Source of the DNA: a virus
Taxonomy: Duplodnaviria; Caudoviricetes
Strand: one strand, 5' to 3'
IMG/VR virus record: IMGVR_UViG_3300020047_007062
Location: 9,590-73,589 of that record
DNA length: 64,000 bases
Both the position numbers and the translations under genes were made by a program. The notes beneath the pieces were generated by a model. The model was not told the DNA's origin. It searched no databases and saw only the letters and a program-made list of their open reading frames with translations. This document shows positions 20,201-29,633 of the stretch, piece by piece (positions within the stretch are counted from its first letter, which is position 1; the number at the start of each line of letters is the position of its first letter).

Positions 20201-20673
20201 CTGATGCACCTAACGTCGTGGTATCGGGGTAATCCCCCTGCGGTGTTGAGGAAACTGTCGAAGTAACCGTCCGACCACACGAGTAAGTCCCCACCCAATA
20301 CCTTGCAGTTCTTCCCAATGTAATAATCCTCCTTGAAGTCGAGGGCGGATGACAGGAGTACTTGGTCAAAATCCCCTGTAATCCCATTGTACATCCAAAT
20401 GGAGTGTTGGGCAATCGTGCTGTAATAGAAAACGATGAACCCGTTGACTGCGGGGTATTCGCACCACCCAATCGGGAGTGACCCGAAGGGGAGTATGTTC
20501 GAGGGGATCATGGCGACGTTCCCCGCCATACTGACAGCCGCAATGGATGAACTGTAAACGTTATCCACCACGCGCATGAAGCGCATGTCGCGGTAATCCC
20601 CTTGGGGGACAAAAGTGGGTTCGTCGTCTGAATTTAACCCACCCGTGAATGTATTTAATACTTCCTTCTGCAT
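17236..20673 (-). CDS. tail stabilisation/muzzle protein (crAss-like, P22 gp10-like)
   Basis: N-terminal NTFTGGLNSD....VPQGDYRD motif; 1145 aa, beta-rich. Confidence 0.75.
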   Translation of the reverse strand: MQKEVLNTFTGGLNSDDEPTFVPQGDYRDMRFMRVVDNVYSSSIAAVSMAGNVAMIPSNILPFGSLPIGWCEYPAVNGFIVFYYSTIAQHSIWMYNGITGDFDQVLLSSALDFKEDYYIGKNCKVLGGDLLVWSDGYFDSFLNTAGGLPRYHDVRCISISKALAGDYTSVTAQILNLAKQPPVDQIQVAYADDATLSINGLYRHQFKFRVQFVYDNGEESSWSYITKVPIPQGSEFWNGNQSTTYLNNTIEIDVPTGSYIVTAIRVAVSVDGGPFGIFEELNKDDEGIGNDTFYTVVFTNDKAVVPLSDSEPNYYDVPQSARTIEAMPSGVLAFGDYYREFDLVDPSVVCDYDITEITTVNRFAPQFKIETNTGTLVRTFKSLVTSGLPYMVDDVIWLFYTYDAATDYPYSFSYTIQAGDFGVGTDAQKHINVITAFVTAYNASGPPTMAAMIPGTPNFTLAFQLVSSPAKCFVMRPTYAVPTLKTGTKRQIGIKYLDVVNRECAVITDPSMILNILNPPEEDTSAFSDPNNPYYVTGKMTISHVPPEWATHWCVVSKNDGTLQSFMQTSAYEVLNDPLTPGLVRISLEKQYTDLYKGATYNYVPEVGDQVRFRTKSVLNAVTPNTNHDKVSETVTMTVRKYDPVGGFNSSAAIWVDLFEWGTLLANTSNATGTGALLEIFRQAPADDNGLWYEMGEWQNVRFPHTSSRAHEGNTQNQNGGTPAIQTLGYWDAWIRCRPMGVAIGTVPGMNWASYWVEDTRMSDFWDSDLTSRGRLALYDINAKRLHLESAVNHSFPFIQDTENNGLNKISLLTEQNLNSLYGAVTALTMSANTLVVNQQRHSCAIYTDSVLAANPGAGDTVLASPQAFGNVRYYEYAAGCIDPLTVIHENGAVYWLDRNGGQVIENAGGGLIPISKGDYKYNSAISQLSDAINTSYQLVLGLFDRQYNEYKIVACNTETSTSWVGEQHVFNRYRRRWVRKDPLPTAGGLSAGNMFVTFNHLDGVPYTENAGGYNSFYGEEYDYYVLFIVNPEPMLNKQFTAMGLKSILAMAVTAENAAAYNTMATGAQSTDWSEAWWELLEQTYWVNIPYSSITPNFVSQDEARLNGDPMEGYYLYVSLTGDDFTVQQIITFVATRYFVRPPKM

Positions 20674-20675
20674 TA

Positions 20676-21419
20676 TTAATGTGCAAACCTATCTCCCGTG
20701 GCGGTATAAATGGCATCCAATACCTCCGCAATAAGCGGTGAGTTAGCCGCGAAGTTGGCATCGGCCATAGAGAAATCATACTGATCCTGCCTCCGCTGCC
20801 TCTCCCCCACGGGGATTGTCATGTCGTACTCAATGTCCATCCACGCGCAGTAGTTGATCCCCGCGTTGACGTAAGCCTCCATCACCCTCGTATTCCCATC
20901 CACGGACGAACCATTTGAAATGTATTCGAGGACAACCACCCTGTTGAGCAAGGTACTGTCGAAGTAAATGACGTTGTTTGGGAGGTCGGGGCGGTAGTAA
21001 CCTACGTTGAACCCACCCGACGCCCCGAATGTCTTGTATTGGGGCCACCACGAGTTAAAGAGGTAGTCGAGTTCTATCCCCGACGTATCCTCATTGTTTG
21101 CCCCCTCGGTCTCCGTCAACCCTTCCAAACAGGCGGGGACGGGGATCATGGCGAGGGTTGGGTCAATGGTGAGTGTCCACACCCTGTTGCCAACAAGTAC
21201 CCCAATGCGGGTGTACATAACGAAGTCGTCGGGTAATCCGAGGCGGGATAGCTTGTCGAGTTTCCCGTAGTGAACACCCAAACGGCGAAGCCCCTCGTGG
21301 GGGACAACTTCGGTGTACCACCTCTTGGCGTATTGCAGGAAGTGAGGGTAGTCCTGATCTGAACTCTTTTTCAGATAGAACATGGCTGAACGGGCAATAT
21401 ATTCGAGGTTTTTTACCAT
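20676..21419 (-). CDS. tail ring/tubular protein
   Basis: LPDDFVMYTRIG, VVLEYISNG motifs of crAss-like ring proteins. Confidence 0.65.
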   Translation of the reverse strand: MVKNLEYIARSAMFYLKKSSDQDYPHFLQYAKRWYTEVVPHEGLRRLGVHYGKLDKLSRLGLPDDFVMYTRIGVLVGNRVWTLTIDPTLAMIPVPACLEGLTETEGANNEDTSGIELDYLFNSWWPQYKTFGASGGFNVGYYRPDLPNNVIYFDSTLLNRVVVLEYISNGSSVDGNTRVMEAYVNAGINYCAWMDIEYDMTIPVGERQRRQDQYDFSMADANFAANSPLIAEVLDAIYTATGDRFAH

Positions 21420-21772
21420 TATTCGTTAACCGTGGTGGGATTGCTTAAACCCTTCGGCATCTCAAAGGTAATGGGTGCGATACGCGGTGGCAACCCCTCC
21501 TGAATGATGATCGGGGGAACCTCAAAATTCTTCTTACTCAACGTGGGTTTCCGCGTGGGTAACTTGACCCCCTGCGACACCAAATAACTATGCAGCCCAC
21601 CTTCATAGTGGCGTCCCTGTGCCAAATACCCTTTCACCTTCTCACACAATTCCTTCACCGAATCGGTAGTTTCAAACAAGGTCTTTTCGCTCAATACAGT
21701 ATCAAGCTTTTTGTGTTGAACTTTAATGTGTTTGGCGCAATCAACAAGTTGCCCCTCTGTCAAGTTGTACAT
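21419..21772 (-). CDS. hypothetical protein
   Basis: 117-aa ORF coupled to the ring protein gene. Confidence 0.55.
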   Translation of the reverse strand: MYNLTEGQLVDCAKHIKVQHKKLDTVLSEKTLFETTDSVKELCEKVKGYLAQGRHYEGGLHSYLVSQGVKLPTRKPTLSKKNFEVPPIIIQEGLPPRIAPITFEMPKGLSNPTTVNE

Positions 21773-21785
21773 ATCTGTTGTTTTA

Positions 21786-22397
21786 TTATTTGTTTCCTTG
21801 TTCCCTGTCCACCCTCAAATTATTCAATACTTCTTCGGGTACTTGGTTAGTGTACCCCATCACCTGCAATACCGCCCTCACGATCATATTCTCCGACCCC
21901 GCCACCACCACGTAATCGTTATCACCCAATTCATTAAAGTCAGCGATAATCCACAAATTAACGTAATCAATGAGCGTCCCCTTCGTATCCGTCGGCTTTT
22001 GGTTATACACAAGCCTCTTACCCCTCACCACACCCGTTATGCAATGTTGGTTCGGGCTGATGAAGTTGAGGTTAAAATTATCTGCCGTACTCTGCCTGAT
22101 ACTTATGGCCCTGTCCAAACTATCCGTAGCGAGGGTAATACTCCTACCCCCCGCCATTGGGCGGACGGGCAACGTTGTGAACCACACCCCTGAATCGTTC
22201 TGACTGATCGCCAATTCCTCATGCAAGATAGCAAGTTGGGACAACAATTCCGTCTTGGGGCCGAAGGCGAGTTCGGCAATCGCGTTCCCAATGTGCATCC
22301 CAACCACCGAGGGGTGCGCCTTACTCTTAACGTCGGGCGTCGTATCCCCACCGTTGAGGACATTTTGGATGATCTCTATGAACTCCCTCTTTCTCAT
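21786..22397 (-). CDS. putative tail ring protein
   Basis: 203 aa in the ring-protein cluster, coupled start/stop. Confidence 0.55.
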   Translation of the reverse strand: MRKREFIEIIQNVLNGGDTTPDVKSKAHPSVVGMHIGNAIAELAFGPKTELLSQLAILHEELAISQNDSGVWFTTLPVRPMAGGRSITLATDSLDRAISIRQSTADNFNLNFISPNQHCITGVVRGKRLVYNQKPTDTKGTLIDYVNLWIIADFNELGDNDYVVVAGSENMIVRAVLQVMGYTNQVPEEVLNNLRVDREQGNK

Positions 22398-23092
22398 TCG
22401 CTCGGTTTAGTTTGAACCGCTGTCTGTACACCCCAATCATTCTGATTAGCCACCGACAAGATACGGGCAGTCCTGTTCACTATTTCGGGGGCCAATATAT
22501 CGGGCCACTCAAAGTTAGTTGACGTAGCCGAATCATACACAGGTAACGTATTCACTATCGTGTAACCCCATACGGGCGTCACGGGCAATCTGAAATAGGT
22601 CAGGGTACACGCGGGAACCCCAATGGGGCTTACAAGTATCTGTGACCCCTCCACGCACGCAATCGGGTCGTCCACCGTGGGGTACATTAGCTGTGAACTG
22701 ATACGGAACTCAAAGTCAGCATGTTGTAATATCTCGAACTGCCTGAAATGTTGTTCCTCGTCCTCGTCACAATCGGGCTTGGTTGTGTACATAGCGCCCC
22801 CCGATATGTAGTAGGCATAATCGTCGGGCAATGAGCCACCCATTATGTGCTTATTCAATTCTTCGAGGTCAATCATGGCTGCCGAACCCGTACCCTTGCG
22901 CTCAATGAAGTCCTTGACCTCATCGGCTAACTGTAACCCCGCTTCATAACGGGCGCGGTAATCGTTAAACAGTTGCAGGTTGACCAGTTGGATGGCCTGA
23001 TTGAACCGCGCGGGGGAGAATAGCCCCCCGATCATGGATACACCACTCTGTTGGCGGACATCCTTGAATATGGTATCAACGGTGATGGTCAT
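22394..23092 (-). CDS. putative tail ring/adaptor protein
   Basis: FNQAIQLV, LPDDY, LTYFRLPVTPVWGY, NFEWP motifs. Confidence 0.65.
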   Translation of the reverse strand: MTITVDTIFKDVRQQSGVSMIGGLFSPARFNQAIQLVNLQLFNDYRARYEAGLQLADEVKDFIERKGTGSAAMIDLEELNKHIMGGSLPDDYAYYISGGAMYTTKPDCDEDEEQHFRQFEILQHADFEFRISSQLMYPTVDDPIACVEGSQILVSPIGVPACTLTYFRLPVTPVWGYTIVNTLPVYDSATSTNFEWPDILAPEIVNRTARILSVANQNDWGVQTAVQTKPSE

Positions 23093-24795
23093 TATTCAGG
23101 GAGGTCGGTCGTGCGGCTTACGTAAACACTCACATTGGTGAAGTAGGTATTGGCATTACCAAAGACCTGAATGATATTGTCCTCCTCGTAATTCCAATCC
23201 GAGGTAGTTGGGTTATTGCTCGATGATATAGTGGTTGAACCCGCTAAGGTAGATGACCGTGACATAACCCATGAGGCCAAGTCACCATCCACCCGTGTCA
23301 CCACAATCACGTACTTAAACGCTGTTGCCGTGGCGAATGAACCAGTGGCCAAATAGTCCACTTGGGTAGTGTCATTCTCGACGGTTATCTCCCCGCTACC
23401 ACCCGAACTGTAACCCTCAACGGTGATAATCACCTGATCTCCTATGTTGGCAACCAAGTCAGCGCCCACAACAATGTCCTCGGCCTCCGCCTGAATATCG
23501 GTGTCAGCCTGTGAATACACCTGTGGGCTTGCCCATACCTTAAAGAAGGAATTAGTGAGCCACGAGGGTGTGTAAACCAACCCGCCACTATCGTTGAGCC
23601 ACGAGGGGGCATCCGCCGTGGTGTTCCCACACGTACACTCACTTCCAAGCAACTCCTTGAGGTTGGTCAACGCGGTTTGCGCATCGGTGTACTCCCCACA
23701 GGAAATAGCCAATGCATACTGCTGTTGGTAGGCATTAATCAATGTCAACTGTGCCATATTGCCGGGGTCGGGGATGCCCTTATTCAACTGTGCCGCATAC
23801 GCCACCACCGCATCATTGATGCACGAGGCAAGCCCACACAACGAACTCTCACACACTACCGAAATGGACTTCTGCCCCCTTACGGTGTACCAAATAATCA
23901 ATCCATCATCCTGCTCACATTGCATGTCGAGTACCACCACGGCCACGAAGGGGAACTGATCCCCCGCCGTATCCGCAATGGGGCTGATCGCCAACACAGA
24001 ATTATATGTCGTCTTTGGGTCTGCCGCAGGGGCAGGTACAAGCCCCACGGGGTATGTCACCGAAATCCGCTTGGTTGTATTGGTTCCCGTCCCGTTCAAT
24101 ACCGTCTGCCCCGAAGGGATAGTAGTCGCGTCGGTCACAGCCATTGACCCCGCGCCATTGGCGGCGGTGCAGTCAACGCTTGATTCAATGGATACCGTTA
24201 CGTGGTCACACTCTGAATAGGTGTATGAAAACTCATTCTCCACAGTCTTACCCGTGGCTGAATAGGCAAATGTGCCGGGCGACGTTGGGGATTCGGGGGT
24301 GAACAAGAAGGCGCAAGTTATCACGGTAATATCACCTTCCTCATTGTACACAGCGCCGATCACCGTCTTAGACCCGTTGTTGCCAACGTTGGTACAACCC
24401 GACAGGGTTACTGTATCGCCCGCCTCGATGAAGGAATAATCACCGGGGGCCGCGAAGGCTGCCGTGCCGATAAACTCAATGGCTGCCCCCGTGATGGCGT
24501 AGTCAATCTCGACTTCCGCTGTGAACACATAGGCGCCCGGTTGGATGGCATTCTGACCCGCCACTTTGGGCAGTTGGAACCAACCCGTCTCCTCCTCATA
24601 GTTGGAGGTGGCATAATCAATCTCCACGGTGGCCGTGGGGAAGGCTGACCCCGACGGGCCGACGCCCGTTATGGTCATGGTGACGGGTGTAACCCCATCG
24701 GCGGCCAACGTGGGCCACGGGGTTTGGTCAATGATCTTGAATTTAATGGTATTCTCGTTGAATATTGGTTGGATGACCAATTCTGTTCCGTCCAT
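23092..24795 (-). CDS. structural protein (tail hub/fibre-like)
   Basis: 567 aa, Thr/Ser/Gly-rich, first gene after the promoter TACCTTTG 24813-24820. Confidence 0.55.
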   Translation of the reverse strand: MDGTELVIQPIFNENTIKFKIIDQTPWPTLAADGVTPVTMTITGVGPSGSAFPTATVEIDYATSNYEEETGWFQLPKVAGQNAIQPGAYVFTAEVEIDYAITGAAIEFIGTAAFAAPGDYSFIEAGDTVTLSGCTNVGNNGSKTVIGAVYNEEGDITVITCAFLFTPESPTSPGTFAYSATGKTVENEFSYTYSECDHVTVSIESSVDCTAANGAGSMAVTDATTIPSGQTVLNGTGTNTTKRISVTYPVGLVPAPAADPKTTYNSVLAISPIADTAGDQFPFVAVVVLDMQCEQDDGLIIWYTVRGQKSISVVCESSLCGLASCINDAVVAYAAQLNKGIPDPGNMAQLTLINAYQQQYALAISCGEYTDAQTALTNLKELLGSECTCGNTTADAPSWLNDSGGLVYTPSWLTNSFFKVWASPQVYSQADTDIQAEAEDIVVGADLVANIGDQVIITVEGYSSGGSGEITVENDTTQVDYLATGSFATATAFKYVIVVTRVDGDLASWVMSRSSTLAGSTTISSSNNPTTSDWNYEEDNIIQVFGNANTYFTNVSVYVSRTTDLPE

Positions 24796-24895
24796 GTGCC
24801 TGAGTTTTTACGCAAAGGTATAGGCACTCTCACAAAAAAAACCAAAAAATGTTTGGGGAATAGTGTATGTGAGGTCGATGATTGTCATTGTACAC

Positions 24896-25363
24896 TTAAT
24901 CATCGTGGCCTGCACCCATACAATATCCCGATTTACCTTTCCATTTCGTTCCGTCTGGTTCGGTCAATTCAAGATTTACGGCCTCTGGTGAATCGGACGG
25001 ATATGCCTTAAACTTATACCCGTTCAACTCTCCTTCAATACCGTCTGAATCATACCAATTCCAATCATCTGTTCCGGCACCTGTGCCTTTTTGATACGGC
25101 TTATCATCAACCTCTTTTCCTTCCCAATAAATCATAGGGAACGACTTGTATCCACACAACCTGAATGGCCCGTTGCCAAGAGATGCGTGGGTGCAGTGAA
25201 GTTTTGATTTTGTTGAAGCCCGTGTTCCGTCTTCATTGTTGCCGCCAAAAGCCTGCCAATAGCCAGCTTGCAGCTCATCTTCTTGATAGGGGGTGTTGTC
25301 CTCTCTGTTTGTTTGGCGCTCTCCGTTTTTGTAAACGTATGCGCCCCAGTTTCCGTAAGCCAT
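24896..25363 (-). CDS. hypothetical accessory protein
   Basis: 155 aa, AT-rich insert. Confidence 0.7.
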   Translation of the reverse strand: MAYGNWGAYVYKNGERQTNREDNTPYQEDELQAGYWQAFGGNNEDGTRASTKSKLHCTHASLGNGPFRLCGYKSFPMIYWEGKEVDDKPYQKGTGAGTDDWNWYDSDGIEGELNGYKFKAYPSDSPEAVNLELTEPDGTKWKGKSGYCMGAGHDD

Positions 25364-25389
25364 GTTGTTTTATTTATTACTTGTTTATA

Positions 25390-25668
25390 TTATTTATCAT
25401 TCCTTGTCTCATACACGCGGTCGGGGTCGTCTTCCCATTCCGGCACTTCAAAGTATTGTTCTACGTGGTCGGTGACGGACTTCTCAATCTGCAAATGCAA
25501 GTCAGGTGATACGTACCTGCCGTGTATCTCCATGTCAATCTTCGTGACTTCTTCGTGGTCATGCTTAATGTACACATCCACGTCCACGTAATCCTGTTCT
25601 CCATCATCATACCACACCTTCACTGTTTGTTCTGTCGCGGTTGTATTGAAGTCTTCGATGGTTATCAT
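25390..25668 (-). CDS. hypothetical acidic accessory protein
   Basis: 92-aa ORF. Confidence 0.65.
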   Translation of the reverse strand: MITIEDFNTTATEQTVKVWYDDGEQDYVDVDVYIKHDHEEVTKIDMEIHGRYVSPDLHLQIEKSVTDHVEQYFEVPEWEDDPDRVYETRNDK

Positions 25669-25692
25669 TTGGTTTGTGAGTTATCGGTAATT

Positions 25693-25920
25693 TTACAAAG
25701 CACCTGCCGCTCTCATTTCATTTTCAAAATTCAATACCCTTTCTTCTAATTCCTTTTCTTTACCTTTCCATTGAAATGCACACTCATAATAAAAATCATT
25801 ATTCCATTTGCGTTCAGGGTATTTCCACTCTGAATGTTTCTGCAACCTATCAATCAGAGAGTACAAACTACTGCTAATATTGGTTTTGTGCTGTATTTCT
25901 TTGATTCTCTCTTTACTCAT
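25693..25920 (-). CDS. hypothetical accessory protein (possible decayed cassette)
   Basis: 75 aa; N-terminal QHKTNISSS resembles the HKTDVIRS of the cassette at 39177. Confidence 0.6.
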   Translation of the reverse strand: MSKERIKEIQHKTNISSSLYSLIDRLQKHSEWKYPERKWNNDFYYECAFQWKGKEKELEERVLNFENEMRAAGAL

Positions 25921-25939
25921 TTTCTCTCAATTAATTCCA

Positions 25940-25969
25940 CAAAGCTACACGTACCCTCCCCCTCGCAAA
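25940..25969 (-). promoter_or_regulatory. promoter of the accessory insert
   Basis: TTTG (25966-25969), 18-bp spacer, TAGCTTTG (25940-25947). Confidence 0.55.
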
Positions 25970-25974
25970 ACCCA

Positions 25975-26018
25975 ATAAAATATAAAATCCCCTCCAACCC
26001 ATTGGCCAGAGGGGATTC
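25975..26018 (-). terminator. intrinsic terminator ending the head operon
   Basis: AATCCCCT...AGGGGATT stem followed by a T-rich tract on the minus strand. Confidence 0.65.
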
Positions 26019-26038
26019 CACACTTACTAACCTTAAAC

Positions 26039-26986
26039 TCAGGCCGTGACGGCCCTCAATTCTTCCAACCTCGCGTGCAACGTAGCATCCGCCTTAATCG
26101 CCTTGGCAAATTCCTCATCGGTCATAGCCTTAGCAAGCGGCTTCGCCTTGGGGTTACTATTCAAGTCGGCCTGAGCAAACCACCCCTTGGGGGTCTGCAC
26201 TATCTGACCTGCTGACTTCAACTTGGCGATATAGATCATCTCGGCCCTGTACAGCCTTCCCTTCGCCATGTTTTGGATACGGTCTGCCGCCGCCTTGTCC
26301 TTACCCTGCTTGGTTGCATCCCATAAATAATATCGTTTTTCATCATCCTCAATATTGAGGGTATATCCCATTGCGGTGTACACCTCATTTAAGAGTTGAG
26401 AATCCATTTCTTCGTAAATGAACTTGCGGACTTTCTGTGCTTCCGCCTCCGCCCTCACCTTGGTCTTAATGGCCAATTCGGGGACATCAAAGAAATAGAC
26501 GGGTTTACTCACCACCTTGGTGGAATCCTCCGTCTGTATGCGGGAACTCTTGGTTACCAAGAACCACAACTCCTCGTTGTCCACGGGGAAATTGAATGTC
26601 CTGCCCATCCCGTACATCTTTGAATTTTGCGGCCACTCCGTCTTCACCGTGAACGCATTTAACGGCTTTTGAATCGGGGCTTTATTGTCGTCATGGTAAC
26701 GCCAATGAATCTTCTTTAGGCCCGTGATCTGTTCGGTCGCATACACGGGGATAGCCGTGCGGGGCTGTGAAAGCCTGTACTCCCCCTTCCCCTCCTTCAT
26801 CCCACGGGATACATACCGTTTCTTTCGGCGTTCCTCCACGGGCTTCATTAAAGCCGAATGAACCTTACCCGTGCTGTCGGTTATACCGTAACTTGGGATC
26901 GCCTTGCGGATAGCCGCCAAATCCTCCTCTGTGAGGTCATAAGGCTCCCAATTAATTCCGTTTTCTGATTTCCAAATTTTACCCAT
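26039..26986 (-). CDS. head-associated/cargo protein downstream of the capsid gene
   Basis: 315 aa, position as in crAss-like phages. Confidence 0.5.
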   Translation of the reverse strand: MGKIWKSENGINWEPYDLTEEDLAAIRKAIPSYGITDSTGKVHSALMKPVEERRKKRYVSRGMKEGKGEYRLSQPRTAIPVYATEQITGLKKIHWRYHDDNKAPIQKPLNAFTVKTEWPQNSKMYGMGRTFNFPVDNEELWFLVTKSSRIQTEDSTKVVSKPVYFFDVPELAIKTKVRAEAEAQKVRKFIYEEMDSQLLNEVYTAMGYTLNIEDDEKRYYLWDATKQGKDKAAADRIQNMAKGRLYRAEMIYIAKLKSAGQIVQTPKGWFAQADLNSNPKAKPLAKAMTDEEFAKAIKADATLHARLEELRAVTA

Positions 26987-27048
26987 AAGCTATGTTCTAC
27001 CAATGGTTCCCCCGTGAGGTTCATTCCCCACGGGGGCCATCGGTTTGA

Positions 27049-28431
27049 TTACGATACTGTTCCGCTGATGTAGGTGGAACGGTTCAGCATGAACGACTGC
27101 AACCCTGTGTGGCTACGGAAGTACATGGCTGAAAAGTCCATCTGCCCGATGCGGAGGCCATTGTGGGCCGTACCATCACGCCATACCTCACGGCGGCGGG
27201 AGTAGTCACCCAAAGCCTTATACCTCATGCGGAGGTAGTTCTGCAAGAACCCTGACGGGCTTGTTGCTGAACCCACCGGCAAGAACATTGACAACTTCTG
27301 TGAACGGGGATTGGTCAAACGGCCCGACGCGGGGTCGTTGAACGCAAATCCAAGTTGGAAACTGAATGTGCGGCCTTGAGTAACCACAGACTTATAGTCC
27401 ATAGTGGCTGCAAGGGCAGCACGGGTGTCCCCTTCGATGCCATCCCAGAAGTATTCCTGAACCTCACGGTTTACACGCGCGATGTTCACGTCCTGAAACT
27501 CGGTGGTCAACGCTCCGTTTATTTCGTTCCAACGGGTAGTTGACAACCATCCGTAGCATGGGCCGTAGTAGTATTCAGCTTGCATTTGGTCTGCAATATC
27601 TTGCAGGTCACCAAGGTCAAGCGAACCTGTAACGGCGAGGTTATAGGCGCGGTTTGCACCATCCTCATCCATTTCATACACCAAACCGTTCATGGTCTGC
27701 GCACCGGCGTTGTTTCCGGGGGTTGACCAAAAACAGAGGTTGTACTCCTGTTGGATCATGCGGTACTCCGCTTGGAGAAGCACGCGGCTCCAATAACCGT
27801 CAAAGGTGGTTCCGGTGGTGTCCGACTTAACCCACAACTCGTTGGTCTTTTCCGTACCCGTGATGGATGCGGTGTCCTTGTAGATTTGGGTGTTGAAGTC
27901 GTACTTCGTTTGGAACGCGAAGGCGGTTTCCGGTTGGCCGGTATTCTCGGCGAAGGCCGTTCCAAGCACCTGAAACACGTTACCTGTGGTAACAGCGAAG
28001 TTGGTGCCGGGGAGGACGGGATCAGCGGTGAAGGTTGTGCTTGTCAGTTTCGCGGTAATAAGGTACTGCGCACCGTTGTCAAGGTTCTCCACCACGTTAC
28101 CCACGCGGAGGTAGCAATAGCCGTCTGACGATACGTCATTGGCCGATACAGTCAATGTAAACGAAGTACCCGCGCCGGGTGCGGCTACTGTCGCCCCTGC
28201 GGTAATGTACTTGGTGTACTGTTCTTCCTCCCAATGGGAGAACTCGTCCCCCGACACCATATCTTGGGCGCCTTGGGCGAGGAGGAACATATAGAACTCC
28301 ATACCCTGTTTTCCGTAGGGCAGGAATAGTTGTGTCAAATATTGAGGCATTTGGATGAACGCGTCATGCGTGGAGGCAATCTCCGACGTGAGCGAGGGCA
28401 TCGAAATAGCCTGTGAAGCTGGTTGTGCCAT
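27049..28431 (-). CDS. major capsid protein
   Basis: 460 aa after portal and scaffold; F.W.EE, NTQIYK....ITGT, L.MRYK motifs of crAss-like capsid proteins. Confidence 0.85.
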   Translation of the reverse strand: MAQPASQAISMPSLTSEIASTHDAFIQMPQYLTQLFLPYGKQGMEFYMFLLAQGAQDMVSGDEFSHWEEEQYTKYITAGATVAAPGAGTSFTLTVSANDVSSDGYCYLRVGNVVENLDNGAQYLITAKLTSTTFTADPVLPGTNFAVTTGNVFQVLGTAFAENTGQPETAFAFQTKYDFNTQIYKDTASITGTEKTNELWVKSDTTGTTFDGYWSRVLLQAEYRMIQQEYNLCFWSTPGNNAGAQTMNGLVYEMDEDGANRAYNLAVTGSLDLGDLQDIADQMQAEYYYGPCYGWLSTTRWNEINGALTTEFQDVNIARVNREVQEYFWDGIEGDTRAALAATMDYKSVVTQGRTFSFQLGFAFNDPASGRLTNPRSQKLSMFLPVGSATSPSGFLQNYLRMRYKALGDYSRRREVWRDGTAHNGLRIGQMDFSAMYFRSHTGLQSFMLNRSTYISGTVS

Positions 28432-28445
28432 TTGCGTAAATTAAT

Positions 28446-29621
28446 TTAGGATTGATACTTTGGTCTTAAATCCGCCAAGGTCTGCTTGACAAAGTCAGCC
28501 GTCTTATTTGGACTCGCTGCGCCCGGCGCTGCTGGTTTCTGTACGGGTTCCCCATTATGGAGTGACCTTCGTTCCTTGTCGAGGGCAGCCTTAACTTGGC
28601 TATCCACAAAGGACTTTACAGATGTACCAATCCCGGATATACCCCCCGCCTGTTCAATGGCTTGTTGCCGAACGAACGATGTTACCATCGCCGGGGTTAT
28701 ATCACTTTTATTAGCACCGCCATGTACGTAGTGAGCAATAAGGCTCTTGGCGAAATCGGTTAACTTGGCCGCGTCCGGTGTTACCGGAATCCCTGCGGCC
28801 TTAAATTCGTTAATTACTTCCGCCGTGACCGTATCGGCCATCGGGGTGAGTTCTTGCAATAATCCCGCCCTGTCAGTCTGTACTGCCGACCTGCGGGTGT
28901 CAATGAGTTGTTTGAAATCCGTGGGGGCCGCTTTGAGTTCCCCCTGCTTGGCCGTGATGTCATACACCGCTTCCTTGACCTTAATCCGTTGGGCGGGGGT
29001 CAGGTCGGCTCCTTCCTCAATTCCCAATTCCTCTTGGGCTGCGGCCTTCAAATCGTCGAATGTCACCCCCTTTTGGAGGAGGGTTGGGTTAGCCAATGCC
29101 TTTTGGACGGCAACGGCTGTCACGGGGTCTGCGAGCATTTGGCTCTCGGTGGCCCCCGACACATATCCCACTACTGCGGGGTCGTCAATTTTGAGGACGC
29201 GCTCCGCTGCCGCGAGGCGGGCAATGCGCTCATTGGGGTATGGGTTCTCAATCAAGGCTTCCACGTCCTGATAGAACGCCAACTTCTCCCTCAATGTTTG
29301 GGCTTCCTTCTGTGCCTCACTCCAACGGGTATAGGCATCCTTAACCACGTCGGGGGTGATACTCTCATTGTAAGCATCCCCGAATATGGATTGGAGGGGG
29401 TTGGTGATTGGTTCCGTCGTTGGGGTAGGTTCCACGGGGGCAACGGGTTCGATTGGCTCCACGGGTTCCACAGGTGGGATAGGGTCAACGGGCGGCGTAG
29501 GATCGGTTGGCTCGGCGGGTTCTTGTGCTGCCGCTTGCGCCATTACGAACTCATTTAGCTTGGTGGGGTCCTCCTTGGACTGATTCACCATATTCACAAA
29601 CTCCGCCGTTTTATCTGCCAT
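28446..29621 (-). CDS. putative scaffolding protein
   Basis: PVEP repeats at the N-terminus, acidic helical, between portal and capsid genes. Confidence 0.65.
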   Translation of the reverse strand: MADKTAEFVNMVNQSKEDPTKLNEFVMAQAAAQEPAEPTDPTPPVDPIPPVEPVEPIEPVAPVEPTPTTEPITNPLQSIFGDAYNESITPDVVKDAYTRWSEAQKEAQTLREKLAFYQDVEALIENPYPNERIARLAAAERVLKIDDPAVVGYVSGATESQMLADPVTAVAVQKALANPTLLQKGVTFDDLKAAAQEELGIEEGADLTPAQRIKVKEAVYDITAKQGELKAAPTDFKQLIDTRRSAVQTDRAGLLQELTPMADTVTAEVINEFKAAGIPVTPDAAKLTDFAKSLIAHYVHGGANKSDITPAMVTSFVRQQAIEQAGGISGIGTSVKSFVDSQVKAALDKERRSLHNGEPVQKPAAPGAASPNKTADFVKQTLADLRPKYQS

Positions 29622-29633
29622 GTCGTTTTTATT

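Noticed and set aside
27008-27037. Hairpin CCCCGTG/CACGGGG after the capsid gene as an ncRNA
   Set aside because: Best explained as a transcript-stabilising or attenuating stem; too short for an independent RNA
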